This document shows, piece after piece, positions 9,455 to 19,062 of a DNA stretch of 43,071 nt (within the stretch, counting starts at the first letter, position 1; each line of letters starts with the position of its first letter). Source of the stretch: Candidatus Hydrogenedens sp. (GTDB lineage Bacteria; Hydrogenedentota; Hydrogenedentia; Hydrogenedentales; Hydrogenedentaceae); contig JBMFRC010000024.1 of the NCBI GenBank assembly GCA_049968235.1, positions 1 through 43,071 of the forward strand, in the 5' to 3' direction. Both the position numbers and the translations under genes were made by a program. The notes beneath the pieces were generated by a model. That model was not told the DNA's origin, ran no database searches, and saw only the letters and a program-made list of their open reading frames with translations.

Positions 9455-10465
9455 TTATGGCATCATTCCGGCAAACCGAAGTCCCGTATCTTCAGGAAAT
9501 CCAAACCGAACATTTAAGCATTGTATCCCCATACCTGCGGTTCCACCCACTAAATTATCTATCGCACTAACGATAACGATATTCCCTGTTCTGCCATCAT
9601 AAGTCCAGCCAATATCACAAAAATTGGAATTACGAACATAGTTAATTTCCGGGAATTGTCCTTCTGGCAAAACACGGACAAAAGTTTCGGTATCATAGCA
9701 TTTATATATTTCGCCCGGATTTACCTCTTTTGTGGGTCTCAATGTAATTGTAGAAAGAATCCCTCGTGTTAGAGGCGCTACATGGGGAGTGAACTGCACT
9801 TGATATTTTCCACCAATTTCTTGTTCTATTTCAGGAATATGTTGATGATTCCCAATCCGATATGCCCGCATATTCTCATTCATATTTGGGAAATGAAATA
9901 GTTCATTTAAACTTCGTCCAGCACCCGAAACACCGGATACGGAATCAATAACGATAGGGATATTAGGTTCTGCATATTGAACCAATGGTTTTAAAGGCAA
10001 TATATTACTAATGGGAAAACATCCCGGAACAGCAACAATATCTGCTTTTTTTATCTGTTCACGGTACCACGGCACTAAACCATAAACTGCGCGAGATACC
10101 AATTCCGGATGAGTATATTGTATCTTGTAAAACTTTGAGTAAACTTCTGCATCTTTTATTCGAAAGTCTGAACCCAGGTCCATTACCACTACACCTCTTT
10201 TTACTAATTCCGAAGCCAACGGCATAGATTTGCCTGCGGGCAGAGCAAAGAAAACAACATCACACTTTTTGGAAATAGCATCCGGGTCAAATGTCTCTAA
10301 CTCAACATCCACCAGTTTACGAAAATTTGGAAGAACATCCTGTAATTTTTTGCCTGTTTCCATCGCAACTGCACAAACCAGTTGTGCCTGTGGATGTGCG
10401 ATAAGAAGGCGAACAAATTCCCTTCCTGCATAACCTATTGCTCCAACGATTCCTACTTTTATCAT
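9455..10465 (-). CDS. argC: N-acetyl-gamma-glutamyl-phosphate reductase
   Basis: N-terminal Rossmann motif VGIVGAIGYAGRE and the catalytic Cys region PGCFP. ATG at 10465 is preceded by AGGAG. Confidence 0.9.
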   Translation of the reverse strand: MIKVGIVGAIGYAGREFVRLLIAHPQAQLVCAVAMETGKKLQDVLPNFRKLVDVELETFDPDAISKKCDVVFFALPAGKSMPLASELVKRGVVVMDLGSDFRIKDAEVYSKFYKIQYTHPELVSRAVYGLVPWYREQIKKADIVAVPGCFPISNILPLKPLVQYAEPNIPIVIDSVSGVSGAGRSLNELFHFPNMNENMRAYRIGNHQHIPEIEQEIGGKYQVQFTPHVAPLTRGILSTITLRPTKEVNPGEIYKCYDTETFVRVLPEGQFPEINYVRNSNFCDIGWTYDGRTGNIVIVSAIDNLVGGTAGMGIQCLNVRFGFPEDTGLRFAGMMP

Positions 10466-10480
10466 GTTTAACTCCTAAAA

Positions 10481-10553
10481 AATAAGGGCTCTTGCATTGA
10501 AAAACTCCCCCTTATTCATTTAAACTATCATTCCGATAAATATTATTGGGGGA
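10481..10553 (-). promoter_or_regulatory. argC 5-prime leader with a terminator-like hairpin and an alternative antiterminator pairing (putative attenuator)
   Basis: On the minus-strand RNA the leader reads ...AAUCCCCCAAUAA...AAUAAGGGGGAGUUUUUCAAUGCAAGAGCCCUUAUUUUUUAGGAGUUAAAC-AUG. An 8-bp stem (AAUAAGGG/CCCUUAUU) is followed by a U-run directly 5-prime of the RBS. The upstream UCCCCC can pair with GGGGGA, which overlaps the 5-prime arm of that stem. Confidence 0.3.
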
Positions 10554-10689
10554 TTAAGTGAATATTATACTCTTAGTTACTATTTTTTTTAAAATATAAA
10601 TTTTTATATGTGTTCATTATCATTTGAAGAAATCAAGATAGAAGTTATATATTATCATTCCCAAATATTATGAACAGGAGAAAAATAAA

Positions 10690-12465
10690 ATGCATCTATT
10701 TCGCACCCATAACTGTAATCAATTAAGAAAGTCTGATGTCGGGAAGGTAGTAAAACTTTCGGGTTGGGTACATACAAAACGCGACCACGGAGGAGTTATT
10801 TTTATTGATTTACGCGACCACTATGGAATTACGCAAATAGTTGTAAATCCAGACCTTCCTTTTTTCTCTGAGGTAGAAAGTGTGCGAAATGAAAGTGTAA
10901 TCACCATTGAAGGAGAAGTCGTTGCACGAACCCCAGAGACAGTAAATCCCAATATTGATACCGGTGAAATTGAAGTAGTAGCAGCTAACTTTCTTCTGGA
11001 ATCTGCCTGTGAACAGTTACCTTTCCCTGTTAATAAGGAAATTGAGGCACCGGAAGAACTGCGATTAGAATACCGATTTTTAGACCTCCGTAGAAATACA
11101 CTCCATAAAAACATTATGTTACGGACTCAACTTGCAAAACTTGTTAGAGAACACCTTATATCTCGTGGGTTTAACGAATTTCACACACCTATTCTTACTA
11201 GTTCTTCACCGGAAGGAGCACGCGATTTTCTCGTGCCCAGCCGAATATATCCGGGACAGTTTTATGCTTTACCCCAGGCTCCTCAACAATTCAAACAATT
11301 ATTGATGATTTCTGGTTTTGATAAATATTTTCAAATAGCTCCCTGTTTTCGTGATGAAGACTCCCGGGCAGACCGTAGTCCGGGGGAATTCTATCAGATA
11401 GATATTGAAATGTCCTTTGTAACTCAGGAAGATATTTTTAATGAACTTGAATTATTAATGATTCATATATTCAAAGAACTTTCAAATAAAAAAATTATCT
11501 GGGAAAAATTTCCACGCATTCCATACCGGGAGGCTATGGAAAAATATGGTACGGACAAGCCCGATTTGCGTTATGGATTAGAAATGCATGACTGCACAGA
11601 TATTTTTGCAAATTCAGAACTTAAAGTTTTTAGTGCACAGGTAGTTACAGGAGGAGTTATCAAGGTAATCCATTTGCCTCATGCAGACCAACAACCACGA
11701 AAGTTCTTTGATGATACGGAAGAGTATGCAAAAAGTGAAGGAGCAAAAGGCTTAGCGTGGCTTATTCTTAAAGAAGGAGATTTCAAAGGTCCCATTGCAA
11801 AATTCATGAAAGAGACAGAGAAAAAAGCCCTAATTCAAAAATTACAGATAAATGAGGGCGATGCCGTTTTCTTTGGGGCAGGTTCAAGAAATGAGACCAA
11901 TACGCTTATGGGTAAAGTGCGAACATATCTTGCACGTCAATTGAATATGATAGATTCCAATCAAGTAGCCTTCTGCTGGATTGTTGATTTTCCTATGTTT
12001 GAGTGGAACGAGGAAGAGAAACATTATGATTTCTCACACAACCCGTTTTCCATGCCTCAAGGGGGTATGGATGCATTATTAAACAAGAATCCACTGGATA
12101 TATTGGCATACCAATACGATATTGTTTGTAATGGGGTAGAACTATCTTCCGGTGCCATTCGTAACCATAAACCCGAAATTATGTTAAAAGCATTTGAAAT
12201 TGTTGGCTATCCTCCCGAAGTTGTTAAAAACAAATTTCCGGCGTTATGGAAAGCATTTCACTATGGAGCCCCTCCCCACGGAGGTATAGCCCCAGGTTTT
12301 GACCGCATACTGATGCTTTTGACAGACTCACCGAATATTCGTGAAGTTATTGCCTTCCCACTTAATCAAAAAGCACGCGACCTTCTTATGGGGGCACCCA
12401 GTGAAGTTACACCAAAACAACTTCAAGAACTGCACATCGCTATTGTTTCACCTAAAAGTAAGTAA
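10690..12465 (+). CDS. aspS: aspartate--tRNA ligase
   Basis: 591 aa. The N-terminal anticodon-binding OB region is RTHNCNQLRKSDVGKVVKLSGWVHTKRDHGGVIFIDLRD. Class II motifs FRDE, GGIAPGFDR and the GAD insertion domain are present. ATG is preceded by AGGAGA. Confidence 0.95.
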   Translation: MHLFRTHNCNQLRKSDVGKVVKLSGWVHTKRDHGGVIFIDLRDHYGITQIVVNPDLPFFSEVESVRNESVITIEGEVVARTPETVNPNIDTGEIEVVAANFLLESACEQLPFPVNKEIEAPEELRLEYRFLDLRRNTLHKNIMLRTQLAKLVREHLISRGFNEFHTPILTSSSPEGARDFLVPSRIYPGQFYALPQAPQQFKQLLMISGFDKYFQIAPCFRDEDSRADRSPGEFYQIDIEMSFVTQEDIFNELELLMIHIFKELSNKKIIWEKFPRIPYREAMEKYGTDKPDLRYGLEMHDCTDIFANSELKVFSAQVVTGGVIKVIHLPHADQQPRKFFDDTEEYAKSEGAKGLAWLILKEGDFKGPIAKFMKETEKKALIQKLQINEGDAVFFGAGSRNETNTLMGKVRTYLARQLNMIDSNQVAFCWIVDFPMFEWNEEEKHYDFSHNPFSMPQGGMDALLNKNPLDILAYQYDIVCNGVELSSGAIRNHKPEIMLKAFEIVGYPPEVVKNKFPALWKAFHYGAPPHGGIAPGFDRILMLLTDSPNIREVIAFPLNQKARDLLMGAPSEVTPKQLQELHIAIVSPKSK

Positions 12466-12471
12466 AATAAA

Positions 12472-13260
12472 TCATTTACATGAACAATAAAAGGAGTATT
12501 TTTCCTGCCAGATTTGACTACCTATTTTAACATGACCTTCTTCTACCCAAAAAAAGTCCACTTCCTTCGATAATTGCATATTAGGTCTTCGATAAACTAA
12601 AAATGGTAAGTCGTTTTTTTTTATCTCTTCTGTTTTATCAAAGTATTCATTTTTAGAGATATTCAGCATGTCTGCATTTCTAAATCCATTTCTTCCAAAA
12701 GGTAAAAAACGATATAGGTGCCATGCATGAATTTTTGCTCCTTTTTCCCATAAATGGAGTAGAAAAGCGGTTATCTCGTTTAATATATCTAAATTTATTT
12801 TGCAAACAACGGTGGATATCGTAAAAGGGATTTTTCTTTCTGTTAAATATTTCAGTCTATTCTTTATTATATCGTAGTGTTTTCGGAAACCTTTCCTCAG
12901 ATAATTATGAACCAGCGGATTGTTTGAATCAAGAGGTAGGACATATCTGTCCGCATTCAAATTTCCTATCACCTCTGGAGTTAAACCTATTCCATTTGTT
13001 CCTATTTGAGTATGAAGCCCCATCATCTTTGCTAAATTTATTGAATGTGATAAGGGGAATTTCCATTGCAAAGGTTCTCCTCCCCCAAAAACAACACTCT
13101 CCATTTCTCGTTCTTTTATTATTTTCAAAACTTCTTCTACCTGTTCTGGTATCATCTCTGATAGGGTATTTTCTGTAATACAGAATAGGCAACTCATGGA
13201 ACACGCACCATGAAGCATAATTACTCCTACCCTGCGATGTTGAATATCTATTTCTTGCAT
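12472..13260 (-). CDS. small radical SAM protein (single CX3CX2C cluster, activase-like), function unknown
   Basis: 262 aa. CSMSCLFC (CX3CX2C) at residues about 20-27 and the GGGEPL glycine-rich SAM motif. No SPASM or other C-terminal auxiliary domain is recognisable. Start is 3 nt after the stop of the upstream B12-radical SAM gene. Confidence 0.75.
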   Translation of the reverse strand: MQEIDIQHRRVGVIMLHGACSMSCLFCITENTLSEMIPEQVEEVLKIIKEREMESVVFGGGEPLQWKFPLSHSINLAKMMGLHTQIGTNGIGLTPEVIGNLNADRYVLPLDSNNPLVHNYLRKGFRKHYDIIKNRLKYLTERKIPFTISTVVCKINLDILNEITAFLLHLWEKGAKIHAWHLYRFLPFGRNGFRNADMLNISKNEYFDKTEEIKKNDLPFLVYRRPNMQLSKEVDFFWVEEGHVKIGSQIWQEKYSFYCSCK

Positions 13261-13262
13261 CT

Positions 13263-15389
13263 TTACTTCATCCGAACTGCTGAGATAGCAAACCTCAGTC
13301 CTGTGAAAATTTCAAAAAATAATACTTCTGGAATATAAAACATATTTTTCCATCGAAATCTTCCAATAGATAAATCATGTTTTAATCCTATCCACCAACG
13401 ATTAATTTTCCTTCGATGTGCAACAGATTTTATCATCATTTCTTCATAATTGCAAATTATTCTTTTCTTTACCAGGGAATCTAAACGGACTAAGTTTTCA
13501 AAGTTAGGAACACGACATTTAAAACCGCTTATTTGTTCCCTTAGCCCGGTTAATTGTTGTTCTAACCTTCGTTGTATTTTATGATTTATCTGTCCTGATG
13601 TTTGTGTTAATTGTAATATTAATTCGTTGGTTTTTTGAAGAATTTGCTCATACTCCTGGGAAACAAATTGTGTATAATGACTGGACTGCAATATTTGTGC
13701 TAAACAAGCACGAATTTCCTGAAGGTAAGAGTAAGCGGATGCTAAAGATTCCCGTTTTTCTTTTAATTGTTTTCTTGTTAATAACCATATCTCCTGATAT
13801 TCATAAAACACCTGCATAACTACTTTAACCTGGTTGAGAAAGTCTTTAATTCTCCTGTGTAAAAATGCTGTAATGCTTTCCTTTTCCATTGTTGGACGAC
13901 GCTCTTTGCGCACCTTTTTTCTTAAAAAGCCCATACTCATAGGATGATTAGACAATAGTGTTGAATAGCGATTCCATAAGGTTAACCAAAAAGCATTCCA
14001 ATACTGCTCTGGCGGGCAACGAAGTAAGATATCAATAATATTGTCTTTGGAATAAAAGAGTGACCATGCTTTTAACCATGATTTTTTTAATTCTCCTGTT
14101 TTGAAGTTAGGATGAGGAAAAGTTTCATGGCAACTATCAAAACAGTTGCAATCATCTGATATTTTTTCCCCTCTTTCAATTCGCTCTTTATGGTCTCTTG
14201 AACCCGGAATGGGAGTCATAATGAAAAAAGATGCTTCGTCCACTTTTACTTCACTTTTTAGTAATCGGACATCGTGGATAATAGTTTGAGGAGTATCACA
14301 GGGCATCCCTATGATATAACCTACATGAACAAGAATCCCCGCTTTATGCCATGCTTCTACCATCTCCGCATACTCAGACGTTTTATTTTGTGTCTTTCCC
14401 ATCAATACCAAATTTTGGGGGTTAATACTTTCCATACCGATAAAAACGAGATAACATCCTGCTTCTGACGCCATTTGAACAAAATCAGGAATTTTCCATG
14501 ATTGTGTATCAATTTGCATCATAAAGCGAATTTTTTTACCTTTTTGTTTCAATTCAATAAGCCCTGTAAATAGTTCCTTCCAAATAGGGGAACGGGACAT
14601 ATTATCATCTGTGAAAAAATAACTAAAAAAACCATTATCATAATTCTGCTCGACTACTTCCAGGATTTTTTCTGCAGAGCGACATCTAATTTTCCTTCCC
14701 TGAACATTAATTATGGTGCAGAAAGAGCAATTAAATGGACATCCCCTACTTGTATCTATTGTGCACATCGGTTGCATGAAGTGTTTTAGATATTCCGGGT
14801 CTGCTACAGGAATAGGGGCATTTTGAATATTGGGAGATTCTGAAATTATATAATAAGGTTGTAGCCTATTATTTATAGCATCATTCAATATAGTAGCAAG
14901 AATTCCACTTCCTTCTACTTCACCACACACCAAACTTACACCGTTATCCATCAATAATTTCAAATCAGGGGTGTTCGTGCCAAATAGTTTTATAACTCCA
15001 CTAACGTGAAATCCTCCTATTATTACGGGAACTTGATACTTACGAAATATCATAGCCAAATCGGTTGCCCTTGCGAACATATTGGTTTGCACACCCACCA
15101 GACCTACTATTAATATTTCATTTTGTTTCTTACTTTCTTTGACAATTTTATCTACATCTATCTTTTGAACAAATTCATCTCTTATTTCAACATGAATTTC
15201 ATATTGTTCATCAAGTTTTTTTTCATTAATCAATTGCTGTGTCAAAGCCCTCATGCATACAAGCGTATTGGAAGGCAATAATCCCTTCCAGAAATGATAC
15301 GGATAACCATCGTCATCATAATGTGAAGGAAGAATATAAAGAATTTTTACATTTTTCTTTTGTGTTGTTTTATGAAAAAACCAGTTCAT
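13263..15389 (-). CDS. B12-binding (class B) radical SAM protein with a long C-terminal extension
   Basis: 708 aa. The N-terminal Rossmann-like cobalamin-binding region is VGLVGVQTNMFARATDLAMIFRKYQVPVIIGGFHVSG. The radical SAM core has CPFNCSFC (CX3CX2C). The approx 250 C-terminal residues are rich in Q/E/K/R and look coiled-coil-like. ATG is preceded by GAAGGA. Confidence 0.75.
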   Translation of the reverse strand: MNWFFHKTTQKKNVKILYILPSHYDDDGYPYHFWKGLLPSNTLVCMRALTQQLINEKKLDEQYEIHVEIRDEFVQKIDVDKIVKESKKQNEILIVGLVGVQTNMFARATDLAMIFRKYQVPVIIGGFHVSGVIKLFGTNTPDLKLLMDNGVSLVCGEVEGSGILATILNDAINNRLQPYYIISESPNIQNAPIPVADPEYLKHFMQPMCTIDTSRGCPFNCSFCTIINVQGRKIRCRSAEKILEVVEQNYDNGFFSYFFTDDNMSRSPIWKELFTGLIELKQKGKKIRFMMQIDTQSWKIPDFVQMASEAGCYLVFIGMESINPQNLVLMGKTQNKTSEYAEMVEAWHKAGILVHVGYIIGMPCDTPQTIIHDVRLLKSEVKVDEASFFIMTPIPGSRDHKERIERGEKISDDCNCFDSCHETFPHPNFKTGELKKSWLKAWSLFYSKDNIIDILLRCPPEQYWNAFWLTLWNRYSTLLSNHPMSMGFLRKKVRKERRPTMEKESITAFLHRRIKDFLNQVKVVMQVFYEYQEIWLLTRKQLKEKRESLASAYSYLQEIRACLAQILQSSHYTQFVSQEYEQILQKTNELILQLTQTSGQINHKIQRRLEQQLTGLREQISGFKCRVPNFENLVRLDSLVKKRIICNYEEMMIKSVAHRRKINRWWIGLKHDLSIGRFRWKNMFYIPEVLFFEIFTGLRFAISAVRMK

Positions 15390-15527
15390 AGCGAAAATCC
15401 TTCAAGTAATGTATTAAAATTAGTGAGTTTCCTCTTTAATTTTATATTATAATATTTCTGTTTTAACTTTCTGAAACTAAAATATGTTAATTTATAAATA
15501 CTAATGAATAACACAAGGAGAAAAAAT

Positions 15528-16757
15528 ATGACAAAGGTAGTACTTGTTATAGGTTTATCTTTCTTAATGTTTTTTTTATGTTCCTCATATAATACCGTTC
15601 ATGCTGATTCTCGTTTCAAAGATGATGTTGAATTTTTGAAGCAATATGTAACCGTTATTCTATTAAAGGATGTAGAATCCAATGGAGAGGTAGCCATTGT
15701 TCCGGAATATCAGGGGCGAATAATGACGAGTACAGCAGAAGGTTCGGAAGGATTAAGTTTCGGTTGGATTAATCGTGATTTAATTGCGTCGAAAAAATTT
15801 GAACCTCATATCAATGTCTTTGGAGGTGAAGACCGATTCTGGATTGGTCCGGAAGGTGGGCAATATGGCATTTTCTTCCCTCCCAATACACCCTTTGATT
15901 TAGAGCATTGGCAAACCCCTGCCGTTATTGATACCGAACCGTATGAGATAGTTTCACAAGATGACAAACAAGTTTCTTTTAAAAAAGAGGCAAAATTAAA
16001 GAACTGGACGGGAACTGATTTTCAGATATTAATTGAGCGAACTGTTAGCATTTTATCTAAGGAACAAATAGCAGGTGCATTAGGAATTAGAATCCCTCCC
16101 AGTATTAAATATATAGGTGTTGAATCAAAAAATAAAATTACCAATACAGGCACAGATGATTGGAATAAGGAAAAAGGATTGCTTTCTATCTGGATATTAG
16201 GGATGTTCAATCCTTCGATGGAAACAACCATTGTTATACCTTTTCTACCTGGTTCCGAAGAAAATTTAGGTCCAAAAGTTAATGATGCTTATTTTGGAAA
16301 GGTTCCTGCAGATCGTCTGGTTGTAAGGGACAATGTGTTGTTTTTCCGTGGTGATGGTCAATATCGAAGTAAAATCGGGATTTCTCCTAAACGAGCGTTA
16401 TCTGTTTGTGGAAGTTATGATGCAAAAAACAAAGTTTTAACGATTGTTCAATACAGTAAACCGGATACATTAAAGCCATATGTAAACTCTATGTGGGAAC
16501 TTCAAAAAGAACCTTATGGAGGTGATGTAATTAATTCATACAATGATGGTCCATTAGTTCCCGGCAAAAAACCCTTAGGACCGTTTTATGAATTGGAAAC
16601 CTCTTCGCCAGCAGAAGAATTGAAAAGAGGTGAACATGTCGAACATACACATCGGACATTTCACTTCATAGGTAGTGAAAAAGAGTTAAATTATCTGGCA
16701 GAAGAAATTTTGGGAATTGATTTGCAGACTATCCAGAACGCTTTTGCAGGTAAATAA
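15528..16757 (+). CDS. secreted hypothetical protein
   Basis: The ATG at 15528 has an AGGAG RBS 8 nt upstream; the track ORF starts 24 nt earlier without an RBS. Signal peptide MTKVVLVIGLSFLMFFLCSSYNTVHA. No recognisable catalytic motif. It is followed by a strong intrinsic terminator. Confidence 0.5.
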   Translation: MTKVVLVIGLSFLMFFLCSSYNTVHADSRFKDDVEFLKQYVTVILLKDVESNGEVAIVPEYQGRIMTSTAEGSEGLSFGWINRDLIASKKFEPHINVFGGEDRFWIGPEGGQYGIFFPPNTPFDLEHWQTPAVIDTEPYEIVSQDDKQVSFKKEAKLKNWTGTDFQILIERTVSILSKEQIAGALGIRIPPSIKYIGVESKNKITNTGTDDWNKEKGLLSIWILGMFNPSMETTIVIPFLPGSEENLGPKVNDAYFGKVPADRLVVRDNVLFFRGDGQYRSKIGISPKRALSVCGSYDAKNKVLTIVQYSKPDTLKPYVNSMWELQKEPYGGDVINSYNDGPLVPGKKPLGPFYELETSSPAEELKRGEHVEHTHRTFHFIGSEKELNYLAEEILGIDLQTIQNAFAGK

Positions 16758-16776
16758 TTTGCTTTTTTTAAGATAA

Positions 16777-16815
16777 CAGGGCAAACACGATTAAAAGTGT
16801 TTGCCCTGTTTTTTT
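16777..16815 (+). terminator. rho-independent terminator
   Basis: Perfect 12-bp stem CAGGGCAAACAC / GUGUUUGCCCUG with an 8-nt loop, followed by seven T residues. It sits between the convergent genes ending at 16757 (+) and 16830 (-). Confidence 0.6.
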
Positions 16816-16829
16816 ATTTATTATATTTG

Positions 16830-18041
16830 TTAGACGCTGGCGTTTGTTATCTGTTCTATCATGCTAATCATTGGATAGAACAAGGAAACGAACAGAGTAA
16901 CTACAATAATACCCACAACAATGGTAAAAATAGGTTGTAATGCTTCCCCTAAGGAATCAACTGCTATCTGAACTTCACTGTCATATATATCCGCTATTTG
17001 TTCTGCGATTTTATCTATACTTCCGGATTCTTCGCCAGTGATTAACATATCTGCAACAACGGGGGGTATTACATCCGCAGAGGTTCGTAAGGGTGCTTCT
17101 AAACCTCCTCCCCGTTCGATAGAATCACGCAAAGATTGCAAACTTTGAGCCACCGCCTGATTATGAATAGAATATTTTGTAAGTTCCAGAGACGACATCA
17201 TAGAAAGTCCACTTCTCAATAGCAATGACCATGTCCTCATCATTTCAACGATAGCATATTTATGAATAATCTTACCGATTATAGGAATTTTTAACTTGAA
17301 ACGGTCTGCAGATAATCGGCGGAGTGGATTTCGAATAAACCACACCTGATATAACAATATCAAGATAAGTAGTAATACAATAGGAAGCCACCACCAGACA
17401 CGGAACCAATCGGATATGCTGAAAAATAATTCCGTTGCTGGTGGAATTTTAATATTCTGCTTTTCATACATATCTTGAAATTGAGGAACAACAAAATTGG
17501 TCAGCAATAGTAATACTCCTAAACATGCAATTACAAGAACTATCGGATAAAAAAGAGCGCCGCGGACCTTTCTACGAAGTAAATCTCTTCTCTGACGATA
17601 GTCTACTAATCGTTGCAAAACTGTAGTAAGAGTACCACTGGCTTCACTGGCTTTAATTAAATTTACAAATACAGTATCAAAATATCGTGGGTGTCTATCA
17701 AAGGCTTGCCATAAAGGATTCCCTTCTTCTACATACAATGCCATATCATTAATTAGTCCTCGTATGGCATCTGATTGACCTCGCTGTGCTAATGTCTTTA
17801 ATGATTTTAATAAAGGTGTCCCTGATTCCAGAAGCATTATCAATTGTCGAAGAAAATCAGTAATTTCCTGATAACGAACGGTACCTTTTCTCATAAAGGA
17901 TAAACTTACGGATAAAGTATTGCTAACGATAGGTTCTCGTCGAATCACCTCTTCTTCACTTACGATTTGAGAAAGGCTCTGAACTTTTCCTTTTGTAGAT
18001 TTCCGAACTTTTTTTATTCCTTCGGCGTTCTTCTCAGCCAT
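16830..18041 (-). CDS. type II secretion / type IV pilus platform protein (GspF/PilC family)
   Basis: 403 aa with two repeated GspF/T2SSF domains and three TM helices. Characteristic PilC/GspF segments include LKSLKTLAQRGQSDAIRGLINDMALYVEEG and SLRDSIERGGGLEAPL. Confidence 0.8.
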   Translation of the reverse strand: MAEKNAEGIKKVRKSTKGKVQSLSQIVSEEEVIRREPIVSNTLSVSLSFMRKGTVRYQEITDFLRQLIMLLESGTPLLKSLKTLAQRGQSDAIRGLINDMALYVEEGNPLWQAFDRHPRYFDTVFVNLIKASEASGTLTTVLQRLVDYRQRRDLLRRKVRGALFYPIVLVIACLGVLLLLTNFVVPQFQDMYEKQNIKIPPATELFFSISDWFRVWWWLPIVLLLILILLYQVWFIRNPLRRLSADRFKLKIPIIGKIIHKYAIVEMMRTWSLLLRSGLSMMSSLELTKYSIHNQAVAQSLQSLRDSIERGGGLEAPLRTSADVIPPVVADMLITGEESGSIDKIAEQIADIYDSEVQIAVDSLGEALQPIFTIVVGIIVVTLFVSLFYPMISMIEQITNASV

Positions 18042-18066
18042 TGCTGTTCTCCTTATGTCTTTATCA

Positions 18067-19062
18067 TTATTTTATTTTTTCTGCCGGTATATTTCTATTC
18101 CAAACAACTATCGGATTACCTTCGACAAAAACGACACCTGCTTCCTTTGAAGCAAAAACATAATTGTATTTTTTACCCAAAGTTATCCTGCTTAGTTCTG
18201 CTACAGCTACAATCTTAAAACTGTTTGATTTCTCTGTAAACGGGAACTGCCAATTTAAAGATACATCATCAACTTTTATATTATATCCCGTTGTGGGTTT
18301 GCCTAATATCGTAATTAAGTCATTCATCGACTTTATGGGACGGGCATTAACAATTTTCTGTGCATCATCTGAACTTATATTAAACAAAGCCATCAAAACT
18401 TCTATGGGTGCTTTGTTCACATTTAAATAAGGAACTGGATGAGCAGGATTCCCCGCATTCCATGTAGAAACAAAATTTGTTACTTGTCCATTAAATTCTT
18501 CCGGAATAAATCCATTTGTTCCATACAATTCTTCTACTATATAGAACCACCTTCCTGAGGATGATGCCATTCCTGAATTGGGCAAATTTGTGACGATTCT
18601 TCTCGCTATTTCACCATTTGTATTTAATATTTTCTGTAGCACACTTGCCGGACTACAATTCAGATTAATCTTTCCACTTTCATCTGTTATCCAGACCTTT
18701 ACATTGACACTTATTGTATCCGATGGTTCTAATGCAAAAGTCCCGTTTCCTTTATATTCCTGTTTATAGTAAGGATAACTAAATTCTAGAGGACATTTAT
18801 CCAATAATTCTTGAAGGGTATCTGTTCGCCATGCTTTTTCTAACTCTACCAATGCAGAACTTATACCTGTTTTTGCATACTCTCTTACTCTCATTTCATC
18901 CAGAAGTAATGCTGTTCTTCTCAATTCGGTTTCTGCATCGCGTATATAATACATTCCAAGTAAGGCAAAAACTCCTAACAGGGATATGGCTATCATTAAA
19001 GCCACACCTTTTCTATTTGATTTATAAAATGATTCTTGAATTCTATTAAGCATAGTTCTCAT
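18067..19062 (-). CDS. GspK-like minor pseudopilin (general secretion pathway protein K-like)
   Basis: N-terminal TM helix (GVALMIAISLLGVFALLGMYY) and two helix-hairpin-helix-like motifs typical of GspK (KINLNCSPASVLQKIL and LNVNKAPIEVLMALFNISSDDAQKIVNARPIKSMNDLITILG). The ATG at 19062 overlaps the upstream pseudopilin stop by ATGA. The track ORF begins at TTG 19080. Confidence 0.5.
   Translation of the reverse strand: MRTMLNRIQESFYKSNRKGVALMIAISLLGVFALLGMYYIRDAETELRRTALLLDEMRVREYAKTGISSALVELEKAWRTDTLQELLDKCPLEFSYPYYKQEYKGNGTFALEPSDTISVNVKVWITDESGKINLNCSPASVLQKILNTNGEIARRIVTNLPNSGMASSSGRWFYIVEELYGTNGFIPEEFNGQVTNFVSTWNAGNPAHPVPYLNVNKAPIEVLMALFNISSDDAQKIVNARPIKSMNDLITILGKPTTGYNIKVDDVSLNWQFPFTEKSNSFKIVAVAELSRITLGKKYNYVFASKEAGVVFVEGNPIVVWNRNIPAEKIK

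Noticed and set aside
10636-10660. The palindrome TTCATTATCATTTGAA in the argC/aspS intergenic region, considered as an ArgR ARG box
   Set aside because: The half-site orientation is TTCA...TGAA rather than the ARG box TGAAT...ATTCA, and only one copy is present. I could not support it as an ArgR operator.
597-13819. Numerous 60-100-aa ORFs nested inside or antisense to larger genes (e.g. 597-791, 1684-1920, 2361-2624, 8689-8991, 9073-9570, 12924-13204, 13598-13819)
   Set aside because: They overlap strongly supported CDSs in other frames, lack RBSs, and have low-complexity composition. They are treated as frame-shadow artefacts.
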